Assembly (NCBI GenBank): GCA_963792415.1
Contig: CAWBVY010000001.1
Location: 343,900 to 407,899, forward strand
Direction of reading: 5' to 3'
DNA: 64,000 bases
DNA from: Candidatus Deferrimicrobiaceae bacterium
GTDB lineage: Bacteria > Desulfobacterota > Deferrimicrobia > Deferrimicrobiales > Deferrimicrobiaceae
Shown here: positions 43,634-54,568 of the stretch, piece after piece
Layout: each line of letters begins with the position of its first letter
How positions within the stretch are numbered: position 1 is the stretch's first letter
Notes under the pieces: generated by a model
What the model was told of the DNA's origin: nothing
What the model saw: only the letters and a program-made list of their open reading frames with translations
Databases searched by the model: none
Position numbers and translations under genes: made by a program

Positions 43634-45253
43634 ATGACAAAACTATATTATATCAATATTTACACAGAGTTAAATCATTCACCTATGGAAAAATTGTTTT
43701 CTGTCTTGGAGCGAATACTGCCGGTAAAATTCTTTTTTAATGAACAAGGCAGGATTAAGCCAGCAGGGAAAATTTTCATCAAGGACATTAAAAAACACAA
43801 TTTAGAAGAGAAACCGAAAAACATCCCGTGCCTAAGTGTACCGATGCAAGGAAATAATGCAACTGATGAAGAGAAAGTACAAATTGAAGTGACGTTCACG
43901 GACTACCTGGATGTTCCGATTCCGTTTCGAGGTCGGACGGTAAAGACCAAGGTGATTGAAAACACGCATTTTCTATTGTTGCATCAGAATGAAAAAGTTA
44001 TCGCGAAAAACCACAAGAACCCGATTTGGACAATCTCCGACACGGGTATGGTGAAACATTACAGATCAAGCTTGTTTTTTCCAAAGATTATTAGTAATGG
44101 GAATTTTAGTGATGTGTTTAATGGCGAAAGCTTTTTAGAAATTCTCCCCTTAATCCACTTTCTGCGTGAAGTGTGCAAAACTGCGCTATATAAAACTCCA
44201 ACGTTTCGGGCTACTTTCATAATTGATGACCCAAATCTACACTGGCCGCGATACGGGTTTGTTGATTACAGAGAACTCGCTGTACACGCAAAACGTGAAA
44301 ACTACCATGTTTCATTTGCAACTATTCCAATAGATACATGGTTTACGCACACTGCTACTGCTGAATTATTTATAAAGAATTCGAAGTGGCTTTCATTGTC
44401 AGTTCATGGCAACAACCACGCGAAAGTAGAACTTGCGAGGAAATATACGCAATCGGAAAGGATATCTTTGCTGAAACAGGCACATCAGCGAATGAAACGG
44501 CTTGAAGAAAAGACAAATCTTTCTGTTTGTCGAGTGATTGTGCCGCCACATGGAGCATGTTCTGAAGAAATGTTGGCAGATATAATAAAATGTGGCTTTG
44601 AATCAGCATGCATCTCGGTAGGCTCATTGAGAGAATATAACAAAGAAAAATCGTGGACAAGAAAACTAGGATATTTTCCTTCCGAAGTTGTCGCAGGCTG
44701 TCCTGTCTTGCCGCGATCAGGATTGACTGGGAATATAGAGAATACCTTGCTTATTGCTGGATATCTTGGCCGACCATTGATTCTCAGAGGACATCACTAC
44801 GATTTAAAAAACGGTATAGAAGTAATCGATAAGATCGCAAAATTTGTCAATGAAATGGGAAATGTCTTATGGATGAATTTGACTAATATTAGCCGGTCGA
44901 ATTACTTATGGCGGATGGAGGGGGGGGCCTGTCGAGTAAAGCCTTTAGGCAATAAGATCGTTATTAAGTTGCCAAGTTACGCAACAGATGTCATCATTGA
45001 AGAGCTTAATGATATGAATGAAGGTGCTTGGCGAATGTTCTCTGCCGACGGTTTTTCATGTAAAATAAAAACGGGGGTGCAGTTCCGTTTACCGGATTCA
45101 ATAGGCAGCGAGATCTTTATAGAGCAGGCAGAACTACCGGAGCGAGATTTGCCCATGTTGAGGGTAAAGACGACAAGTGCTTGGCTCATCATACGTCGTT
45201 TATTGACCGAGGCGAGAGATCGACTTTCACTTTTGGCTCAATATAAGACCTGA
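43634..45253 (+). CDS. Hypothetical protein with a polysaccharide-deacetylase-like barrel
   Basis: FIIDDPNL, VHGNNH, VPPHG, GHH; NodB-like metal-binding pattern. Confidence 0.55.
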   Translation: MTKLYYINIYTELNHSPMEKLFSVLERILPVKFFFNEQGRIKPAGKIFIKDIKKHNLEEKPKNIPCLSVPMQGNNATDEEKVQIEVTFTDYLDVPIPFRGRTVKTKVIENTHFLLLHQNEKVIAKNHKNPIWTISDTGMVKHYRSSLFFPKIISNGNFSDVFNGESFLEILPLIHFLREVCKTALYKTPTFRATFIIDDPNLHWPRYGFVDYRELAVHAKRENYHVSFATIPIDTWFTHTATAELFIKNSKWLSLSVHGNNHAKVELARKYTQSERISLLKQAHQRMKRLEEKTNLSVCRVIVPPHGACSEEMLADIIKCGFESACISVGSLREYNKEKSWTRKLGYFPSEVVAGCPVLPRSGLTGNIENTLLIAGYLGRPLILRGHHYDLKNGIEVIDKIAKFVNEMGNVLWMNLTNISRSNYLWRMEGGACRVKPLGNKIVIKLPSYATDVIIEELNDMNEGAWRMFSADGFSCKIKTGVQFRLPDSIGSEIFIEQAELPERDLPMLRVKTTSAWLIIRRLLTEARDRLSLLAQYKT

Positions 45254-45268
45254 TGAAAGAACTATTAC

Positions 45269-46471
45269 ATGTCAACCTCGGTTAAAGTGCTTCTGCTTGT
45301 TGAAAATAACCCCTACCCGTACGATTTTCGGGTGTATCGAGAAGCTCGCGCTCTTCGTAATGCTGGATTTGATGTTTCTGTTATCGCTCCTCGGAAGGCT
45401 ATGCAACCATTGAGGGAGGATATCGATGGCATTAACGTATATCGTTTTCCTGCCCCACCTGGAGGTGTTGGAATATTCGGTTATGTGGTTGAATTTGGTT
45501 ATGCCACTCTGGCGATGTTTCTAATAGCTGTTTGGATTGCAGTGAGTAGAGGAATTGACGTAATTCATGCGGCTAATCCACCTGACACACTTTGCGTGAT
45601 TGGTGCCGCATTTAAGGTCTTTGGAAAACGGTACGTGTTTGACCAACATGACCTATCGCCAGAGATTTATCTCTCGCGTTTTTCGAGGCCTCATAAGAAC
45701 TTTGTCTATCATATATTACGTTTTATTGAACGATGTTCATATAAAATCGCCGATGTGGTTATAGCAACCAATGAATCGTATAAGAAACTAGCAATTAAAC
45801 GAGGATATAAAGATATTAATAAGGTCTTCGTTGTACGGAACGGCCCACCTTTCTCGTATCGTCTAATAGAGTCAGATTTTGTCATACCAAAAAGAGCAAA
45901 ATATCTGATTGGATACATCGGTACCATAGGACCACAAGACGGAGTTGATTACTGGCTGCGAGCTATTCGCGAGATGGTTTTCACACTTGGAAGAAGTGAC
46001 TTCCTATCTATTATAATTGGTGACGGGGATGCTTTCGATAAGGTGAAAGCTTTGGCAAAGGATTTAAAAATTGATTCTTACGTATTGTTCACTGGACGCC
46101 TTTCGGAGTTGGAAGCTCGCAAGTACCTTTCAGCTGTTAATGTGTGCGTTCAACCTGACCCATTAAGCCCGTTGAATGATATATCGACTATGAACAAGCT
46201 TATGGAGTATATGGCATTAGGCAAGCCGATGGTGGCTTTCGATTTAGTAGAAACTCGATACTCCGCTCAGGATGCAGCGCTTTATGTAAAGCCGAATAAC
46301 GAGAGAGAGTTCGCAGAAAGAGTTAGTTGGTTGTTGGACAACCCAAGCGAAGGAAAAAAAATGGGAGATATTGGGCGACAACGGGTAGCAAATGAACTTG
46401 CCTGGGAATACTCTGTGTCTAAATTAATTCTGGCTTACAGTGAAGGTTTAAAAATGCGACAAAGTGCTTAG
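45269..46471 (+). CDS. GT4 glycosyltransferase
   Basis: HAANPPD, FDQHDLSPE, STMNKLMEYMALGKP. Confidence 0.92.
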   Translation: MSTSVKVLLLVENNPYPYDFRVYREARALRNAGFDVSVIAPRKAMQPLREDIDGINVYRFPAPPGGVGIFGYVVEFGYATLAMFLIAVWIAVSRGIDVIHAANPPDTLCVIGAAFKVFGKRYVFDQHDLSPEIYLSRFSRPHKNFVYHILRFIERCSYKIADVVIATNESYKKLAIKRGYKDINKVFVVRNGPPFSYRLIESDFVIPKRAKYLIGYIGTIGPQDGVDYWLRAIREMVFTLGRSDFLSIIIGDGDAFDKVKALAKDLKIDSYVLFTGRLSELEARKYLSAVNVCVQPDPLSPLNDISTMNKLMEYMALGKPMVAFDLVETRYSAQDAALYVKPNNEREFAERVSWLLDNPSEGKKMGDIGRQRVANELAWEYSVSKLILAYSEGLKMRQSA

Positions 46472-46530
46472 GCGTTACTCAAAAAAAAACTGTAATTAAA
46501 GATGAAATTACAACACTGAATATTTAAAGA

Positions 46531-47397
46531 ATGAAAAATAAGTATATAATAATAACACCAGCAAAAAACGAAGAAGTGCACATTGAAAAAACGATCAATT
46601 CCGTTTTATTACAAACTATTCTACCCGAAAAATGGGTGATAATTAGTGACGGCTCGACAGATAGAACTAACACAATAGTTAGAAAATATAGTGAGAAAAA
46701 CAGAAATATTGAGTTTATAAATCTGAGAAAAACAGATAAAAGAAATTTTGCATCCAAAGTTTGTGCCATAAAAATCGGATATGATAGGTTGAAAAATTTA
46801 TCCTTTGATTTCATTGGAATATTAGATGCCGATATTTCAATTGAAAGAAATTACTATAAAAAAATTATCGAAAAATTTACAAAAAATTTAAAACTTGGGA
46901 TAGCCGGAGGTCATATTTATGAACCAATGGGAAAAGGATTTAAGAGTCGAAAAAGTAACACGAAGGTCTCTGTTGCTGGATCGATACAGGTTTTTAGAAG
47001 GTTATGTTATGAAAAAATAGGAGGCTTTGTTCCAATTAAAATTGGTGGAGAAGACTGGTATTTAGAAATACTAGCAAGAATGAACAACTGGGAAGTAGAA
47101 TCATTTAGTAATATAATTGCTTTACATCATAAACCCGATGTAGAAAAAAATAAAAGGTTAAAGAGAAGTTTTATTGAGGGTAAAAAAGATTACTTGTTCG
47201 GAAGTCATCCCTTGTTTGAAATTATTAAATGTATTCGCAGAATAAAAGAAGAGCCGAAACTGATAAACGCCTACTGTAGAGGAATTGGATATTTATGTGC
47301 GACAATTGAGAGAGAAAGAAGAGTTGTACCGAGTAATGTGGCTAAATACTTAAGAAAAGAACAGGTTAAAAGAATTAAAAGAATTTTAGAACTATAA
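46531..47397 (+). CDS. GT2 glycosyltransferase
   Basis: ITPAKNEE, SDGSTDRT, LDADI, GGED. Confidence 0.9.
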   Translation: MKNKYIIITPAKNEEVHIEKTINSVLLQTILPEKWVIISDGSTDRTNTIVRKYSEKNRNIEFINLRKTDKRNFASKVCAIKIGYDRLKNLSFDFIGILDADISIERNYYKKIIEKFTKNLKLGIAGGHIYEPMGKGFKSRKSNTKVSVAGSIQVFRRLCYEKIGGFVPIKIGGEDWYLEILARMNNWEVESFSNIIALHHKPDVEKNKRLKRSFIEGKKDYLFGSHPLFEIIKCIRRIKEEPKLINAYCRGIGYLCATIERERRVVPSNVAKYLRKEQVKRIKRILEL

Positions 47398-47413
47398 GTC
47401 CTGGAGTGTCACC

Positions 47414-47755
47414 TTACCAACGGCTCCAGACCTCATTGAGGCTAAGCACGGCGGGAAGGCGTTGTTCCCGTTTGGAGTAGATCAGTTTTAGTGTGTGCCA
47501 GTCACGTTTTAGGACGTTTACAAAGAGGAATTTGATGCCGCTGTAAAAGATCCGCATCGTAGCCGATGACCATTTGTCGACATTTTTTCGATGCAGAAAA
47601 TAATCTTGCAGCTCCTGTTCATTGATTTGATCTGGTGCTTTGTTGTAAAAATCCACCAGCATACGAACCGATCGGCTATAGCATTGCTGAGTGCGTTGGC
47701 TCATCCCGGCAAGTTGTAAGGCTCTCATAGACTTTGTGTAATAATCTTTCATCAT
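47414..47755 (-). pseudogene. N-terminal (SAM-like) fragment of a tyrosine recombinase of the IS91-associated type
   Basis: MRALQLAGMSQRTQQCYSRSV...SGIKFLFVNVLKRDW...LPAVLSLNEV, then it stops; catalytic domain absent. Confidence 0.75.
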
Positions 47756-47981
47756 ACCATTCTCCTTTCGTTTGAAGGTTTTTTGGATGGGGGTCCGAAT
47801 TAGAATGGTATGACAGAAAATCGAGAATATTTGCAACTTGTCGGGATTGAGTTTTACTGGCGGGAATTATGGATGTGTTTTTCTGCCGCGAAGCGGCTTA
47901 CTTGAACTATCAGTTGAAAAGGACGACACAATGAATAATGAATTATCATTAAAAAAATATTATAAATCAGAAAAAATAATA

Positions 47982-48014
47982 AAGAATCCACTCCTTTTGA
48001 GAAGTGGATTCTTT
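47982..48014 (-). terminator. Intrinsic terminator of the beta-helix protein gene
   Basis: aagaatccact-ccttttgaga-agtggattctt stem with an A/T-rich flank. Confidence 0.65.
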
Positions 48015-48031
48015 AGTAGATTTTAAACGAG

Positions 48032-49288
48032 CTAATTTGTAACTCTCAGGTTTTTTGGTGGTGAAATAGTTGTTGCAGCCGAAGTTGAGAACTCGTAGGC
48101 TCCCATAGTCGGTTGAAGATTATTGGGAATTGGTGTTCCAAGTGCGTCTGCATTATAGCCTAAATCGACACCAGCATTTTTCACAGGTGAATTTTCTTGT
48201 AGAGTAAAATCGTAGCCGCTATAATTTTTGAACAAAGGATCGCTAACTACTCGCCCTGTTTCTGATGGCGTGCCGCCAGAATTATAATAATTATTGTAGG
48301 AATGGCTACCTTGAGCACAACCACCGCAGCTGCTATCATAAAGAATATTGTTTCTAAAATAATAATTTTGGAGATTAGTTGAATTTGTGCATGCTGGCAC
48401 ATTATAAACAGCAGACCCGGTTCCATAGCTCGAAGATCGTATAGCAAAAGTATTATTTTCGATTTTTGTGGTATAAGAACCACTTTTGTTGACACCTTTA
48501 AGAACAAGTGAATTATAACTGAAGCGTTCAGGGGGGTTATAGAATACATTGTGGTGAATATATAAACCGTTTACATATTGATTGCCCCACTCACAATCCC
48601 CGACAAATAAATGCATACCACTATTACTGAATCTGTTATAGCGAAAAGTAGCGTTTGTACCACTTGGCATCTGTACACCATCATTATGGTAATATCCACC
48701 TTTATATGTATAATCATGGATGTCGCAAAACTCTACGATTAGATTTGTTAGGCTGCCAAATCTGAACCCATCCTCACCAATATCAATTGATCCCTCATAA
48801 TTGCCATCCATGTCTAAATTTCGAAAGGTTACGTTTGTTGAAGATTCAAACAAAATCATCCCATTTTGACCGGAAGAACCAACAATCCTGAATCTCCATG
48901 GGTTATTTGAGACGCCATCCAAAGTAAAATTGTCGCAGCCGTCAGCATCTATAAATCGCCCCGAAGGATCGATATTTACTTGCCCATCATAAGAATTAGA
49001 CCATCCGGTCGAAGTCCCATGACTTGCTGTCGTCCCACGTTTGATAGTTACATTGTCTATATTGTTCATGTATGGTAATCCAGATGTATAGTTGCCTGCC
49101 GCCACCCATAGTGTATAGCCGCTCAAACCGGAAAAACTGACGTTGCTAAACTCGCCATAAGCATCAGACCAACTTGTCCCACCGCCGGATGCACCTTTCC
49201 TGACGTATTTATCTGCAGCGAAAGAAATAGAAGTAAGGCAAGATACAGTAATTATTAAAAATAATTGAAATAATCTTTTATTTATCAT
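48032..49288 (-). CDS. Secreted right-handed parallel beta-helix protein (polysaccharide lyase/hydrolase-like)
   Basis: Signal peptide (..SFA-ADKYV), G.SW.DAY motif, HNDGVQ, N-rich beta-helix coils, DPLF..DFTLQ..SP..NAG...MGAYEF, C-terminal PPKNLRV. Confidence 0.75.
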   Translation of the reverse strand: MINKRLFQLFLIITVSCLTSISFAADKYVRKGASGGGTSWSDAYGEFSNVSFSGLSGYTLWVAAGNYTSGLPYMNNIDNVTIKRGTTASHGTSTGWSNSYDGQVNIDPSGRFIDADGCDNFTLDGVSNNPWRFRIVGSSGQNGMILFESSTNVTFRNLDMDGNYEGSIDIGEDGFRFGSLTNLIVEFCDIHDYTYKGGYYHNDGVQMPSGTNATFRYNRFSNSGMHLFVGDCEWGNQYVNGLYIHHNVFYNPPERFSYNSLVLKGVNKSGSYTTKIENNTFAIRSSSYGTGSAVYNVPACTNSTNLQNYYFRNNILYDSSCGGCAQGSHSYNNYYNSGGTPSETGRVVSDPLFKNYSGYDFTLQENSPVKNAGVDLGYNADALGTPIPNNLQPTMGAYEFSTSAATTISPPKNLRVTN

Positions 49289-49442
49289 GTTTCGACCTCC
49301 GATAATTTTTCACAAAAATGCAGAAAATTTTAATGAAAATTAGTTGAAAATTAAATGGGTTGCATAATGTCAACACAAAACGTCCAACTATTAGCTAAGA
49401 CAAACAATGAATTCGGCATACGCTTTATGTGTTTAAATATTG

Positions 49443-49458
49443 AGCAATAATTGTGCCA
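49443..49458 (-). promoter_or_regulatory. Sigma-54 (-24/-12) promoter
   Basis: Minus strand TGGCACaattaTTGCT, near-perfect consensus, ~155 bp upstream of the start codon. Confidence 0.7.
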
Positions 49459-50229
49459 GAGCTTGATCTCAAATTCTGAGTTAATGTCCAATTTATGCGA
49501 TTTAAAAAGTTTTTAAACTCCAAAAATTGAAATTGAAAATGTATTGGCTTCTGTAAAAGCCTGATACCCGTTAGATACATTTGCAAATACAAAACCAACG
49601 GTTATCCCAGTAAGAGGTAATGGTTTCATTTGAGACTTTCGATAATTTCAATTGCGATTTCAAAAACGGACTTTGAATCTCGTTCATCGCTATATGCTAT
49701 TTACCCAATATTGTTCACAGTTTCAAGTTTGAGTCAATATAAGGATTAGAGACATTCACCGGTTTTCCACTCCTTGCCGACCTTTTTGGGTGAAAGTCAA
49801 TAAAACCAAGGGATAGTATGAGGCGTGATACCGTATGACGCAGGGGCGGTTCCATCCACATTTCAACCTTTTGCTTACCGTGCGTTTGGCCTGATCGACA
49901 TCAAAATTGATAGGAGGGATCCTTTAAGGGTATAAAGTATTAATATAATATGAAAAAATTTAAAAACGAAAATTGAAGGCCATTTGATAAGTTGCTGAAA
50001 CATTATTTTGAAAACAGTAATCATGTATGAAATAAACTACGGAATATGTTAATTTAGCGCTTATAGAGATTTAACATATTTGAATTACGTAAAATCTTAC
50101 TGTATGAGATTCCGTACACGTCGATATATATTGCTCAAAAAAGGGCAAAAAATTTGAACTTTTTTTAAACCGCTACGCCGATTAAAAGGACGAAATCTGC
50201 AGACGATACATCGTTCGCAACGGTTGCCT

Positions 50230-51313
50230 GACGAAACGCGAGACCCAGTCCAGCGTCGGTGCGGTTCAAAGCACCGCGTATACGAGAACGCCACAGGAAT
50301 CCATCGGAGAGGATTCATTGCAGTTCCGCAATTCTGCCGTCGTATCTTAGCAAAACCAGAAACATCGAAGAGCTGATTCCCTGGCTGTAATTGAAGGGCT
50401 TATCAAACGGCGATTTCAGCGATGCTCCGGCTGCGTTGGTCGGTCGAGATGCTCTGCGCCTGTCACCGGCCATGATCAGCCGTTTAAAAGCCATCTGGCA
50501 TCAGGCTTGGGAACAGTGGCAAAGGCGCGATCTGCCGACAAAACGGTATGTGTTTTCAGGGCCTAAGGGGTTTCTTGCCATTTGCGAATTGACGATGGGC
50601 ATTGTCTGTTGGTGATAATCGGCACCACGCAAGACGGCTTCAAGGAGCTGGTTGCCATCGAGGGGGGTTCCACGAAAGCGAATTGTCCTTGAGCCAGTCG
50701 CTGCTGAACTTTAAAGGCCGTAGTTTTTAAGATATCGGACTGCAACTGGCCGTGAGAGACGGCGCTCTGGGCGTCTGGAATGCTTTGGGCAAGGTATACG
50801 GCAATACCCACCGGCAACGATGCTGGGTTCATAAGACCGCCAACGTGCTCAATAAATTGCTAAAGAGCCCACAGGCAAGGGCCAAGGCCACAACTGCACA
50901 AGATCTGGCAAGTCTCCGAAAAAGAAGAAGCGCAGCGTCATTTTGATGATTTTATCAGCGTCTACGGTACCAAGTATTTCGAGCCAGCAGAGTGTCTCAA
51001 AAAGGACATGATGTGCTTTTGATCTTTTGCGGTTTTCCGGCCGAATGCTGACGGCACATCCAAACGACCTATCCGATTGAATCGACTTCCGCAAGCGTCA
51101 GGTTGCGGATAAACAAAGTGCGCAGTTGTTTTTCAGTGCAAACTCTTACTACAAAGGCTTTAAAACTCAGTCAGCGTAAATATAAACGGTTGATTCGACT
51201 CCATCATCCAAACCGTCTGGCAGAAGTCAGTAGAGGAGTAAAACTTGTCGATGGTATCAAAGAGAAACGGGTTGCCGCCTGATTCCGCCATACACAAATA
51301 TTGACTATATCTC
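50230..51313 (+). mobile_element. Decayed IS256-family element
   Basis: ILPSYL.KTRNIEELIPWL*LKGLSNGDF, DGALG.W.AL..VY...QRCWVHKTANVL, IESTSASVRLR; right IR tacacaaatattgactatatctc; many stops. Confidence 0.8.
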
Positions 51314-51404
51314 TTTCCGGAACTGGTAAAATTCAGGGAACCCAGAGCGCCGGAGTTTTACATACATTAAATTATAATTCAAAAAAACTTTGTGATTTTA
51401 CAAA

Positions 51405-52715
51405 ATGGAATTAAATGGATATTCAGTTGCATTTTTCATAACAAATGCAATACTTATATTTAAGCTGCCGCGAAAATGGGCATTGCTTCCTATTTTGGTG
51501 AGTGCTTGCTACATGACACGTGCACAGGGAATAATAATCGGACCATTACATTTCAGTATTATAAGACTTATGCTTCTTCTAGGCTTTTTAAGGGCATTAA
51601 TCAGAGAAAAACGATTAATGATTTCTTTGAATGTACTTGACCGTCTTGTGTTGGTCTGGGCTATTTGGATCTTAATAAGTAGTATTTTCCACAATGATTT
51701 TTCGGGTGCACTAGTTTACAGGCTTGGATTATTTTATGATGTATGTGGCATATATTTTTTGGTCCGTATATTCTGTCAATCAAAACAAGAAGTTGTACAA
51801 CTCTTCAAGATAATAGCTATTATACTGGTGCCGGTAGCTGCTGAGATGCTTTATGAAAAAATAGCTGAACATAATATTTTTTCTATTTTTGGCGGCGTGG
51901 ATGAAATTCCTTATATTCGGTTGGGTAAAGCTCGCGCATCGGGCCCTTTTTCGCATGCTATTCTTGCTGGGACAGTTGGTGCTATTTGCTTTCCGATTAC
52001 TGTTTCGTTATGGAAAATTGATCGTAAAATTTCATTTATTGGGAGTTTGGCGAGCTTAATAATGATATATGCAAGTACGTCGAGTGGTCCGATTCTAAGT
52101 GCATTGGCCGGCATTTCAGCGCTAATAATGTGGAGGGTCCGCCAAAAAACAAAAATAATTTTGTGGTTTATAATTATAGGATATATTTCGTTAGACATTT
52201 TTATGAATGATCCAGCGTATTATATTATGGCCCGTATAGACATAACGGGAGGCAGCACAGGTTGGCATCGTGCTAAACTAATACAATCTTCGATTGAACA
52301 TATCTCCGAATGGTGGATAGGCGGTACGGACTACACTCGACATTGGATGCATATCGGTCTTGCCACGAATCCAAATCATGCTGACATCACAAATCATTAT
52401 ATACAAATGGGAGTATGGGGTGGTTTGCCGTTAATGATCCTTTTTATTTCTCAACTTATACAAGGGTTTTCCTATGTAGCAAAAACACTAAAACGTTGGT
52501 CTGAGATGCATATACCGGTTAGGTATCAATTCGCAATGTGGGCTTTGGGAGCATCCCTATTCGCCGCCTCAGTAACTGGTCTATCCATATCGTATTTTGA
52601 TCAATCTTATATCTTTTTATACATACCTCTTGCTGCAATTAGCTCCATGAAGCCTGCTAACTTACAGGGATTTTATGAACGACAAAAAGTGATCTCAATT
52701 CATTACAATTTATAA
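51405..52715 (+). CDS. Wzy polymerase / O-antigen ligase-like membrane protein
   Basis: Multiple TMs, RASGPFSHAILAG, STGWHR, DITNHYI. Confidence 0.8.
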   Translation: MELNGYSVAFFITNAILIFKLPRKWALLPILVSACYMTRAQGIIIGPLHFSIIRLMLLLGFLRALIREKRLMISLNVLDRLVLVWAIWILISSIFHNDFSGALVYRLGLFYDVCGIYFLVRIFCQSKQEVVQLFKIIAIILVPVAAEMLYEKIAEHNIFSIFGGVDEIPYIRLGKARASGPFSHAILAGTVGAICFPITVSLWKIDRKISFIGSLASLIMIYASTSSGPILSALAGISALIMWRVRQKTKIILWFIIIGYISLDIFMNDPAYYIMARIDITGGSTGWHRAKLIQSSIEHISEWWIGGTDYTRHWMHIGLATNPNHADITNHYIQMGVWGGLPLMILFISQLIQGFSYVAKTLKRWSEMHIPVRYQFAMWALGASLFAASVTGLSISYFDQSYIFLYIPLAAISSMKPANLQGFYERQKVISIHYNL

Positions 52716-52903
52716 AGAGGTCAAAATACAAATGTAAGTATAGAAAGTATGATCTAAAACGTTAGTTGTGATCTATTCCCTTCGTATCTGGTGGAAGGAT
52801 TCTCAATGACTCTACGGTTCGGCCAAGAAATATAATATTTTTTTCTCAAAAATTATATCGCGCTTAAAAAAAAAGAATCTTTAAAGTAACAAAAGGAGTC
52901 GTC

Positions 52904-54133
52904 ATGAAATCCCTGACTGAACGAGCCCGAACCCAAATTGCTCGTCGTTATAGGCAGTTTCGCGAGGTCTCGAAGAACGAGGGATCGCGATGGATTATCG
53001 ACCGAATTCGGGCGGCTTTCGCGAATTGGATCGCTCCGAAGAAAGACATAATGCCAGTTCGTCGAAACGACGTATTGGCGGCGGATCTCTCAAAACCATA
53101 CCAAGCCGTAGTCCCGAAAATCGACCCTGGACATAAGATAACTGTCAACTGGGTGACTACTCCGCCAAGTCCGGGATCGGGAGGACATACGACCATGTTC
53201 CGAATAATCAGATATCTTGAAGCACACGGTTACGCCAACAGAGTTTACCTCTATGATGTTTACCACAGTGACCGACATTACTATGAATCGATCATCCGTC
53301 GTTTTTACAACTTCGAAGGTAAGGTAGCTAGTTTAGATGATAAAATGGAGGATTCGAATGCCGTGGTAGCTACCTCTTGGCTAACAGCATACCCAGTCTT
53401 CAACTCTCGATGCACCGGCAAGCGCTTTTACTTCGTGCAGGATTTTGAACCGTACTTTTATCCCTTAGGTGCTTTAAATTTATTGGCTGAGAACACATAC
53501 CGAATGGGCTTTCATGCCATAACAGCTGGTAGCTGGCTGGCCCCGAAGCTTAGAAAAGAATATCATATGGACGCAGATTTCTTTGAGTTCGGTTGCGATA
53601 CTTCATGCTATTATCGCCTCCCCAACTCAAAACGATGTGGAATTGTTTTCTTCGCCAGACCTGAAGCTACAAGGCGTGGTTTTGAACTCGGGTTGATGGC
53701 AATTGAGCTATTTGCTGGTAGACGACCGGAAATCAAAATCCATTTTTATGGTGATAAAATTGGCAAATTACCTTTTGTTTTCATTGATCACGGCCGTGTA
53801 ACACCAGAAAGACTTAATTCCATTTACAATAAATGCTATGCTGGGCTGAGTCTGTCGCTGACGAACGTATCACTAGTTCCTCATGAGATGCTCGCAGCTG
53901 GATGCATTCCGGTCGTCAACGATACCGATCATAATCGAATCGTTCTTAATAATTCATTTATACGTTATGCACCGCCTGATCCCCACGCTCTGGCCTCAGA
54001 ACTCGAAGCTTTGGTTGATACAGAGAATTTCGACTCGATGTCCCATGCAGCTTCTGATAGTGTTCAATCTACGAAGTGGGAAGATGCAGGTGCCTCAGTC
54101 GATCAGATTTTCCGGCGAACTCTTTTGGCGTGA
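52904..54133 (+). CDS. WsaF-like glycosyltransferase (rhamnosyltransferase family)
   Basis: GSGGHTT, VATSWLTA, YFVQDFEP, RRGFELG, SLTNVSLVPHEM. Confidence 0.85.
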   Translation: MKSLTERARTQIARRYRQFREVSKNEGSRWIIDRIRAAFANWIAPKKDIMPVRRNDVLAADLSKPYQAVVPKIDPGHKITVNWVTTPPSPGSGGHTTMFRIIRYLEAHGYANRVYLYDVYHSDRHYYESIIRRFYNFEGKVASLDDKMEDSNAVVATSWLTAYPVFNSRCTGKRFYFVQDFEPYFYPLGALNLLAENTYRMGFHAITAGSWLAPKLRKEYHMDADFFEFGCDTSCYYRLPNSKRCGIVFFARPEATRRGFELGLMAIELFAGRRPEIKIHFYGDKIGKLPFVFIDHGRVTPERLNSIYNKCYAGLSLSLTNVSLVPHEMLAAGCIPVVNDTDHNRIVLNNSFIRYAPPDPHALASELEALVDTENFDSMSHAASDSVQSTKWEDAGASVDQIFRRTLLA

Positions 54134-54367
54134 ATATAATTGTGCCCTGAGTGGGGGGAAGGCCATGACGTTGTTGCATTGTTGACTTATTGGGTGGTAC
54201 GGCGACACCCATTTAAAAGAACCGCTGATGGAAAGAAAACTCCCAGAGAGCGAGCGTTGTCAGATCTTGATCATTGATTATCGTGCAACTGACGTTGCTG
54301 TTAGTTGTTAGTGGAGTGTTGTTGATAGAAGTGAAAATGCAAGGCGCACGGATTAAGGCTAAAGGTG

Positions 54368-54421
54368 AAATATATTTTTCTTCGGAAAAATATATGAAAC
54401 GCAGCAAAGCTGCTATAAAAA
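54368..54421 (-). repeat. Family F repeat (reverse orientation) upstream of the lasso cluster
   Basis: aaatatatttttcttcggaaaaatatatgaaacgcagcaaagctgctataaaaa. Confidence 0.75.
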
Positions 54422-54568
54422 CCAATGGAAGAAAGGTTTACGGCGCAGGGCTCAAGGCGAATGGAACAAGTAAAGAGGGGTAAACGGCCAGGAGGCTAAG
54501 AAGCTGGAAAGGTTAAGACAAAGGCTAAATCGGAGCTGTATCTGAAGCCGGAAGGATAGAAAGCCTAA

